From an uncultured Candidatus Saccharibacteria bacterium (lineage in GTDB: Bacteria > Patescibacteriota > Doudnabacteria > UBA920): a stretch of DNA of 64,000 nt. How positions within the stretch are numbered: position 1 is the stretch's first letter; each line of letters opens with the position of its first letter. The DNA lies in assembly GCA_964532425.1 (NCBI GenBank), contig CAZHIA010000004.1, positions 83,740 to 147,739 on the forward strand, given 5' to 3'. Under the pieces are notes generated by a model, which saw only the letters and a program-made list of their open reading frames with translations, was not told the DNA's origin and did no database searches. This document shows positions 57,043 to 64,000 of this stretch, piece by piece. Both the position numbers and the translations under genes were made by a program.

Positions 57043-58584
57043 TTATTGGACAACGCCGGAAATTTTGTTCTTGAACTTTCCGATTAAATAGTTTATCAAT
57101 TCTTCATCCTCAGGTTCGAAAAATCCCGAGAGCTTGTAAATCAGATAGAACATCAAGACTGAAGCAGGGCCAGAGACAACGAGGAGGTATAGATTATTGA
57201 TCCATGGCAGAATGGCGTAATGGGTAATAATGTAGAACATGATGAAGGTGATTATTATTTTACCATATAACTTACTGTAGTACTTTACCATTCCGTCCAG
57301 GAATAATACCTTCTTCTCGGTCCAGTAAAATGCGAATGGGACCGGTAAGAGCGCGAACAGATAAGCCCAGGCAGCACCCAAAATCCCGAATCTCGGAACG
57401 AAAATGACAAGCAAAGCCACATTTAATACCGCCATCAGTACGGAAAAGTACATTAAAAATTTTACCTGGCCCATCCCCATAAGAATATTGGTAAGCGGTC
57501 CATAAATTGCCAAAATGAGATAAGTGGCTGCCAGGATGAGTAATATTGATTCACCCCTTTCGGCAAAGTCTCGACCAAGCCAAAAAAATAGTATCTTATA
57601 TGCAAATACCATGATACCTGCGGTAATCCCGGCGGCGATGAGGGTAAAATTTCGGAATGACCTTTTATATATTTCCCTGATCTTTTCCACATTACCCGTA
57701 GCAGCCAGGCTGCTCGTGAGAGGAAAAAATACACTACTCAAGCTTCCAACGATTCCATAGGTTTTCTGAGCGACATTGCCCGGCAGGCTGTAATAGGTTA
57801 GGGGTCCGGGACCAGTGAATATTGGAATAATAAATCTGTCCATTTGAATGAGGGAATTTGAAGCGAGATTAGTCACGGCTGCGAGTATTCCAAATGTGTA
57901 AGCTTTCTTAATCTCGCTTACGGACCAACCAAAACCGAACTTAAGGGCGGGCAGCAATTTGTGGGCATAACTCCTGTATGCAAAGAGCTGTATAACGGCC
58001 CAGACCAGGTTGGAAACAAATATAGCCTTGAGCCCAAAACCAAAAATTACAAGGACCAACATTGTAAGATTGATCATTGTAAGCTGGGCAGTATTGAGCT
58101 TTGTGCTGATATCATACCTCTGATTGGCAATAGGCACGACCGTATATACCTGGGTAAATGAAGTAAGAAGGAAGACAGCTCCGGCGAGAATAAAGACCGG
58201 GAGCACCAAAGACCGGGTGTCGGCAGGGATATTGAAAAAAAATGAAGCAAAACTCCCAACAACTGCAAACACGATAAGCCCCAATACACCTACTATAACG
58301 TACAGCGATCGTGCTGAATTCAATAACTTTTGCATTGAATCGAAATCATGCCTGGCAAAATATTCGGAAACAAATTTGATAAGGGCAATATTCAAGCCCA
58401 GGTCAATGAGCGAAAGAAACGCAGTAATAGTATTAATGAGGATGAACACTCCGTAGTCTGTAACTCCCAGTCTATGCACCACTACCGGCGTAATAAAGAT
58501 AGAAAAAAGAACAGGCCACGCATACCCAAAAAAACTATAAACTATATTTTTTAGCGTATTGTTCTTTATCGTGATTGACTCCAT
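57043..58584 (-). CDS. wzx: Wzx-type oligosaccharide flippase
   Basis: Many TMs; LGVTDYG, DLGL, MDRF, FGILGAAWA. Confidence 0.88.
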   Translation of the reverse strand: MESITIKNNTLKNIVYSFFGYAWPVLFSIFITPVVVHRLGVTDYGVFILINTITAFLSLIDLGLNIALIKFVSEYFARHDFDSMQKLLNSARSLYVIVGVLGLIVFAVVGSFASFFFNIPADTRSLVLPVFILAGAVFLLTSFTQVYTVVPIANQRYDISTKLNTAQLTMINLTMLVLVIFGFGLKAIFVSNLVWAVIQLFAYRSYAHKLLPALKFGFGWSVSEIKKAYTFGILAAVTNLASNSLIQMDRFIIPIFTGPGPLTYYSLPGNVAQKTYGIVGSLSSVFFPLTSSLAATGNVEKIREIYKRSFRNFTLIAAGITAGIMVFAYKILFFWLGRDFAERGESILLILAATYLILAIYGPLTNILMGMGQVKFLMYFSVLMAVLNVALLVIFVPRFGILGAAWAYLFALLPVPFAFYWTEKKVLFLDGMVKYYSKLYGKIIITFIMFYIITHYAILPWINNLYLLVVSGPASVLMFYLIYKLSGFFEPEDEELINYLIGKFKNKISGVVQ

Positions 58585-58625
58585 CAATATGATTGTAAAC
58601 AATAAAATTCTCGAGCCTACAGAAA

Positions 58626-59795
58626 CTACGATTTCAGTTGCTGAAATGCACTTACTACCCTATCTATTTGTTCGTCAGTGTGAGAAGCGGAAATCTGGAC
58701 CCTGATTCTTGCCTTTCCTTTCGGTACTACTGGATACGTAAACCCTCTCACATAAATTCCGAGATTGTACAAATCCTTGGCCATCTCGACTGCCATCTTT
58801 TCATCGCCCAGCATAACCGGGGTGATTGGATGACTTCCGTCCCCTCCCAGATTAAACCCTAAGCCTTCCATACGGGAACGGAAATATGAAGTATTTTTTT
58901 GCAATTTTTCGACCAGCCCGACATAGGCAGTGTCAAAATTTTTCAGGACGTACAGTGCTGGGGCAGCAATAGCAGGAGGAAGACTGTTACTGAACAGCGT
59001 TGTCCTGCTTCGTTGGTGAAGCAATTGAATAATGTTTTTCCGTCCGGTAGTAAACCCGCCCCCTGCTCCTCCCAGCGCCTTGCCAAACGTGGAGGTGAGA
59101 ATATCAACCCTTTCCATTAAACCCTCTACCGAGCCTCTACCCGCTCGGCCCAGCACTCCCGTTCCATGACTATCATCAACCATAACCAATGCGCCGTATG
59201 TATCCGCGAGATCGCAAATATTTTTTATCTTAGCCGTGATACCATCCATGGAGAAAACACCATCACTGACTATCAATTTTCTCCGTCTGTCTCCCGCAGC
59301 CCGGAGCTTTTGCTCTAAATCCTCCATGTCATTGTTCCGGTAGATAAAGCGTTCCGCTTTGCACAACCTGATCCCGTCAATAATACTGGCGTGATTGAGC
59401 TCATCGCTAAAAACCGCATCCCCTTCCTTGAGCACTGTTTCAAAAAGTCCGGTGTTGGCATCAAAGCAGGAAGTGTAGGTGATAGAATCATCGGTTCCGA
59501 AGAATCGTGCGATTTCCGACTCCAATTTCGTATGCAATACATTAGTTCCGACAATAAACCGTACACTGGCTTCGCCAAAACCGTACTCTTTCATGCCTGT
59601 CAGGGCAGCTTCTGCCAACTCGGGTGACGAGGCCAGTCCGAGGTAGTTATTGGAGCAAAAATTCAGGAGACTTTTTCCCTCCATGCGGACGTCAGGCCCC
59701 TGCTTCCCTTCGAGGACACCCGCGGTCTTCCACATACCGCTGGATTTTATCTCTTCCAGCTCGTTTTCGAACTGTTGTTTGTAGATTTCAAACAT
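58626..59795 (-). CDS. kbl: 2-amino-3-ketobutyrate CoA ligase (glycine C-acetyltransferase)
   Basis: NFCSNNYLGL, SVRFI.GT, SCFDANTGLFE, NHASIIDGIRL, DGVFSMDG, GKALGG, ARIRVQISA. Confidence 0.93.
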   Translation of the reverse strand: MFEIYKQQFENELEEIKSSGMWKTAGVLEGKQGPDVRMEGKSLLNFCSNNYLGLASSPELAEAALTGMKEYGFGEASVRFIVGTNVLHTKLESEIARFFGTDDSITYTSCFDANTGLFETVLKEGDAVFSDELNHASIIDGIRLCKAERFIYRNNDMEDLEQKLRAAGDRRRKLIVSDGVFSMDGITAKIKNICDLADTYGALVMVDDSHGTGVLGRAGRGSVEGLMERVDILTSTFGKALGGAGGGFTTGRKNIIQLLHQRSRTTLFSNSLPPAIAAPALYVLKNFDTAYVGLVEKLQKNTSYFRSRMEGLGFNLGGDGSHPITPVMLGDEKMAVEMAKDLYNLGIYVRGFTYPVVPKGKARIRVQISASHTDEQIDRVVSAFQQLKS

Positions 59796-59831
59796 ACATT
59801 TACTGGTTCAAATTAAGAAAATAGACAGTGG

Positions 59832-60956
59832 TTAAAATTTCAGCAGAATCTTTGGGTATTGCCTCATCATGCTCTCAAATTTTTTGTTGGTAAATTCACC
59901 AATGGGCAGTATAGTCCCCTGCCCCTTCTTTAAGAGGACCGACCACAACTTCTTCGCTATCACACTGTCAGTACTCTCTAGTAACGCCTTGGTTTTATCC
60001 CATGTTTTCCAAATTTGTCTTCCCGCAACACAGTATAAATTAACACCTTTCATTATGAAACGGTTATAATCTTCTATAACAAAATCATTGTGTCTTAAAC
60101 CGAACAGGATAACATCCCCTCCTCTTCGCACCGATGCGATCGAATTATTGAGGGAGTCGTTGGTTCCGGCCATTTCAAACACAACGTCGGCTCCGACATC
60201 ACGAGTGAGTTTCATTACAAATTTGACCAATGCCTCATTCTTACGGTATCCGCCCGGCTTGATCTTAAAAGTATGGTCTATCCCTAAACTCTTGGCCATT
60301 GCTATCGCCGAATCGCGAGGCTCGACACCAAGAACTTTCTTGGCTCCCATTTGCTTGGCAATGAGAATAAGAAACTGCGCAATAGGCCCAAGACCTACAA
60401 TAAGCACGGTCTTGTTCTTTAACTGCACTTTGCTGGCAGCATGGACAGCATTCCCAAACGGCTCATAGAGAACAGCGATTTCTTTCCTCACCTTCGAAGG
60501 ATTTATTTTCCATGCCACCTGCGCCGGTACCTTAACGAATTCGGCAAAACCGCCATCTACGGATATGCCCAATATCTTTTCGTTTACGCAGACATTTTCC
60601 TGCCCGTTCCTGCATTGAAAACACGCATTGCACACAACGTGGGATTCGCAGGCTACTGTATCACCGATGGAGACGCCGGTAACCCGTGATCCTTTCTCAA
60701 CAACCGTACCCATAAATTCGTGTCCCAACAAACGAAAGTCTTTCTTTTCTTTTTCCAGGGAAGACTCGATCTGGTCCTTAAATACCTGTCTGTGCCAAAT
60801 TCCCCTGTCAGTTCCACAGACACCTGCCATGCTCACCTGTATTATAATTTTATCCGCATCGTCTTTTGTCAGGGTAGGTTTAGGAATATCAACAAGTTCA
60901 AAACCGCGTGAAGAATTCCAATTATTGTTTTTTTTATTAAAGATGAGTGCGCGCAT
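59832..60956 (-). CDS. tdh: Zn-dependent L-threonine 3-dehydrogenase-like
   Basis: GVCGTD, GHE, ESHVVC..C..C.......C, EPFGNAVH, GLGPI; adjacent to kbl. Confidence 0.85.
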   Translation of the reverse strand: MRALIFNKKNNNWNSSRGFELVDIPKPTLTKDDADKIIIQVSMAGVCGTDRGIWHRQVFKDQIESSLEKEKKDFRLLGHEFMGTVVEKGSRVTGVSIGDTVACESHVVCNACFQCRNGQENVCVNEKILGISVDGGFAEFVKVPAQVAWKINPSKVRKEIAVLYEPFGNAVHAASKVQLKNKTVLIVGLGPIAQFLILIAKQMGAKKVLGVEPRDSAIAMAKSLGIDHTFKIKPGGYRKNEALVKFVMKLTRDVGADVVFEMAGTNDSLNNSIASVRRGGDVILFGLRHNDFVIEDYNRFIMKGVNLYCVAGRQIWKTWDKTKALLESTDSVIAKKLWSVLLKKGQGTILPIGEFTNKKFESMMRQYPKILLKF

Positions 60957-60958
60957 GT

Positions 60959-61204
60959 TTACCAGTCCTTAATTTTTTCTCTCGTTTTGATTTTGATCTT
61001 CTGGTATGCTTCTACCGCCTGCTTCTCAACCCCCGGAGATAGTAAGTGTAGCATTTCGTGCCCTAAGATGCGGTACTGCTTGCCGATCTTGTTGGCGCGC
61101 AGCAGGCCGTTTTTAAGCATGCGCTTCATGGTGCTATTACTCACCTTCAGCAGTGCTTCGGCCTCCTTGGGGGTATAGACTTCGTTTGGTTTGATTTCAG
61201 GCAT
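60959..61204 (-). CDS. Small HTH_17 (excisionase-like) DNA-binding protein
   Basis: YTPKEAEALLKVSNSTMKRMLKNGLLRANKIGKQYRI. Confidence 0.85.
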   Translation of the reverse strand: MPEIKPNEVYTPKEAEALLKVSNSTMKRMLKNGLLRANKIGKQYRILGHEMLHLLSPGVEKQAVEAYQKIKIKTREKIKDW

Positions 61205-61227
61205 ATATGGCTTGTTTGTGTATTCTT

Positions 61228-61257
61228 ATAGTATCACCAGGGGTCATTAGGTGTCAA
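61228..61257 (-). promoter_or_regulatory. Promoter of the HTH-tdh-kbl unit
   Basis: TTGACA-N18-TACTAT with TG extension. Confidence 0.55.
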
Positions 61258-61331
61258 ATTCTCCCTTCTATAAATAAACTGCCACGATCTATTGGAAAGA
61301 AAGTGGCAGTTTGAATGTTGCCTTATACAGC

Positions 61332-62381
61332 TCATACCCCCAATGCCGCAAAAATTTTTTTGAACCTTTGTTCATAGGTGTGATCCCGCATGGTGCGTTC
61401 GTGGCCGGCTTGGGCGATGGCTGTCCGTTCAGCCTCGTGCTCCAGGTAGTACTTGCTTTTCTCCACCAGCTCCTGGGTACTGCGGAAAATAACGATCTCT
61501 TTTCCATCTTCAAAATACTCGGAAAGATTATCCGCATCGCCGGTAAGCATAAAACCGCCACAGGCTGGAATCTCAAAGGTGCGGCCCTTAATTTGGCGCC
61601 GGCCGGCGCCCCAGGCTGACTGGATGTTTGGGATAAAATTCTGTAAATTCAAATGATACCCTCCCCCGCTCTTGCGCACGGCCAGTTTGGCCAGCATCTT
61701 CGGCAGACCCCGGTAGCTCTCGGTAAAGTTCAAATTTATCTTGCTGTACGAAAAAATGTCGAGCATGGCTTGGTCGGTGACCACGCCAGACGGCCAACCC
61801 TTGCCGTACCCATCCGCTTTGAGCCCGGCCAACTGTAAGGCATGCACATAATTAGCGCGCTTTCCGTACCGCTTGCCCACAAAACTGATCTCGTATTTGT
61901 GGGGGTCTTTGTCCGCAGGCTGGGGCCGGTAAATGTTGGCATTGGCCGCCCACTGGGTTTTAATGACCTTGACCCCGAGCTTCTGGTACTTGGCCACGGC
62001 TTGGGAGTCCGTGGTTGATACTGCCGTAAACAGCGGTGCCCAATCTTTAGAAAAAATAGGGAAGCGCCAGTGGTCGTCCGCAAACCAGTTAAAGGTTTTG
62101 GTTCGGGTCTTGGTGGTAATATATTGGATGGTTTCTTTCTTGACCTCGTCAGTGAACAAAAAACAGAACAGCAGGTCCGGACCAAAGTCCTTGACCGTGT
62201 CCAGCAGGTCCTGGTTCATACGGTCGCGCAGCAGCGGGTCCAACCCGTTGTCCGTGGCAATGAAACGCGACTCCACACCCTCCATGTGCTGGAGCACTTC
62301 GTAAAAATTACGGTACTCGAAAGCCGTCCCCCACTCCGGTTTGCCGTATTCATACCTAAGCCCTGCGAAGAGTATTTTCAT
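61332..62381 (-). CDS. CgeB-like glycosyltransferase (Glyco_trans_1_2)
   Basis: NWFADD, SFVG, SKINLN, IKGRTFEIPACGGF, DHTYEQR. Confidence 0.88.
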   Translation of the reverse strand: MKILFAGLRYEYGKPEWGTAFEYRNFYEVLQHMEGVESRFIATDNGLDPLLRDRMNQDLLDTVKDFGPDLLFCFLFTDEVKKETIQYITTKTRTKTFNWFADDHWRFPIFSKDWAPLFTAVSTTDSQAVAKYQKLGVKVIKTQWAANANIYRPQPADKDPHKYEISFVGKRYGKRANYVHALQLAGLKADGYGKGWPSGVVTDQAMLDIFSYSKINLNFTESYRGLPKMLAKLAVRKSGGGYHLNLQNFIPNIQSAWGAGRRQIKGRTFEIPACGGFMLTGDADNLSEYFEDGKEIVIFRSTQELVEKSKYYLEHEAERTAIAQAGHERTMRDHTYEQRFKKIFAALGV

Positions 62382-62385
62382 AAGA

Positions 62386-63064
62386 CAATAGAAAAATAGA
62401 AAATAAAAAGATAGAAAGATTACTAACCTCTCACACTCGAAAACTTTTTATAAGATAAATTTTTGACTAAATAATTACGGAAGTTTGACAAAGCGGCAGA
62501 AATTTCTTCTATCTCCTTTTTAGCATTCTCAAAATCCTGAGCAGTAATATACTGATTATCCAACAAAACATACAAAATCGATCTCACTTCACCGGCTGAA
62601 CCTTTGGCAATATTTACGAAATTTGACAATTCCTTATTACCACCCCGTTCAAAACCTTCAGCAATATTCAGCATAATTGAAAGCACCGCTCTTTTAAACT
62701 GGTCAACCAGGGAAAAATCCTTGGCGAAATCGTGATTAGACTTTATGAGGCCATATGCCTTCTTCATATAAGCCCTCGCCTGTTGCCACACAGGCAAATC
62801 CTCAAAACGATTATATTTCATATGTTTACTATAGAAAGATAGAAAATAGAAGATAAAAAGATTAACCAAAGCTGCACCAATTTTCTATTTTATATTTTTC
62901 TATCTGTGTTCTTATCTTTTTATCTTTCTATTGAATTATATCTATATTATACGCTGTTAACACGGGAGTGCAAAAACTAGGATTTATAATATCCAGTGCT
63001 AATAACCTTTCTATTTTTTATCTGAGCCCCATCTTTCTATTTTTCTATTTTTTTATTTTTCTAT
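62386..63064. repeat. 8-nt ATAGAAA(A/G) repeat arrays flanking the four-helix-bundle gene
   Basis: Arrays at ~62386-62421, 62830-62863, inverted at ~62880-62932 and 63006-63064. Confidence 0.75.
62423..62821 (-). CDS. Four helix bundle protein (23S rRNA IVP / Avd-like family)
   Basis: FEDLPVWQ, DFSLVDQFKRA..SI..NIAEGFER, IAKGSAGEVRS. Confidence 0.93.
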   Translation of the reverse strand: MKYNRFEDLPVWQQARAYMKKAYGLIKSNHDFAKDFSLVDQFKRAVLSIMLNIAEGFERGGNKELSNFVNIAKGSAGEVRSILYVLLDNQYITAQDFENAKKEIEEISAALSNFRNYLVKNLSYKKFSSVRG

Positions 63065-63846
63065 AGTAAAGTAAAATCTACTATCAGGGGAAGGTGATCC
63101 GAGACCTCATTGTACGGAACCTCGAAACTATTCACGCGGATGTCCGGGGTCACGAACATGTAATCGCTCATGAACTGCCGGTCATCCATGTGGTTGCGCC
63201 AGGTATTAAAGTTGCGCGTGGTGGCAACCCTGTATTCGGCAATTAGGTCCCGCAAAGCACCCCTGGCCAGCTGCAAACTTTCGGTATTTGGGAACAGATT
63301 CAAATCCCCGCACACAATAACAGGCCCAGTCTGGCTTTTAACCAGTTTGTTAAGCCTGTTAAACTGTTCAAGACGCTCCGTCGTATCCAGCTTATGGCCA
63401 GGGTAAGCGAGCCCATGCACATTAATGACGGTGAACTCCCCTGTCTCGTGCTGAATACGCGAGACCTGGAAGATGCCACGACGATTTATTATACCCGGCT
63501 GGTCCGCATCAGGTGCCCCAGGGTAAGATTCCACGCTAGAGACGGAAACCACTTCAAGTCCAGGAGCCACGTAAAGCGCCTGCCCGTACGAAACGGGAAC
63601 GTCTGTTTTTTGATTCAGGAGAAACCCGTCTTGAGCAGGATCATAGACCGCATGCCAGCCAGGCAGCAGCTTTGCAACCTCCGAGAAAGAATGAATGCGG
63701 CAGTCTTTAAACTCGGTTGAAGCGGCAGGGCTTTCTGTAACTTCCTGAAAACAAAAAATCTGGGTCCGCTGAGCCTCAGCGGCGATATATTGGTACAGTT
63801 GTTCCTTCCACTGCGCAGCGGCGATATTCAAACACAAAAGTCTCAT
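63061..63846 (-). CDS. Endonuclease/exonuclease/phosphatase family protein
   Basis: CLN, CFQEV, INVHG, CGDLN, DYMF, SDHLP. Confidence 0.92.
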   Translation of the reverse strand: MRLLCLNIAAAQWKEQLYQYIAAEAQRTQIFCFQEVTESPAASTEFKDCRIHSFSEVAKLLPGWHAVYDPAQDGFLLNQKTDVPVSYGQALYVAPGLEVVSVSSVESYPGAPDADQPGIINRRGIFQVSRIQHETGEFTVINVHGLAYPGHKLDTTERLEQFNRLNKLVKSQTGPVIVCGDLNLFPNTESLQLARGALRDLIAEYRVATTRNFNTWRNHMDDRQFMSDYMFVTPDIRVNSFEVPYNEVSDHLPLIVDFTLL

Positions 63847-64000
63847 GAGCAAAATGTATATTTTTTAAAATGACGCCAACCGGCGCTCTCTTAATATAAT
63901 AGCACATGTGGTCAATTCTCCCGAGCTAGAGTTTGTAGGGAAAGGTAGGGTGAGGTACAATGGTATAAATGACATGATTGACAGGATTGAACATGATTAT

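Noticed and set aside
60959-61204. Excisionase as a sign of a prophage or ICE
   Set aside because: No integrase, att pair or phage genes; it heads the tdh-kbl unit
62423-62821. Complete diversity-generating retroelement (Avd-like gene)
   Set aside because: No reverse transcriptase or TR/VR pair seen in the window

Overview
Chromosomal window from a small-genome bacterium, very probably CPR/Patescibacteria (Parcubacteria-like). The basis is a PilM-N-O/PilC/PilB type IV pilus block with no secretin in the window, mostly SD-less core genes and characteristic surface-protein families; standard code 11 fits. Left to right: (1) a minus-strand surface locus with two WxL-like secreted proteins, two DUF916/DUF3324-like partners, a class A beta-lactamase-like hydrolase and a ~2,220-aa tail-fibre-like adhesin with an internal peptidase-G2-like chaperone; (2) accessory and stress genes (TspO, CPBP, DUF1749, Atl, MsrA, DEAD helicase, two AI-2E, TypA, HolA), two tRNAs and three stand-alone ORFan expression cassettes; (3) a ~33-kb co-oriented minus-strand block holding a surface-glycan cluster (GDP-heptose genes, five methyltransferases, Wzx, an embedded HTH-tdh-kbl unit), an S-layer-like protein and the pil genes. 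The most unusual signal is non-coding: several families of short-period (7-, 8-, ~9-10-nt) inverted-repeat elements occur either empty or wrapped around a GxxExxY nuclease or four-helix-bundle gene, and ultra-short GC-rich palindromes are nested inside one another and inside a dead tRNA copy. All calls are by-eye motif recognition; no searches were run.
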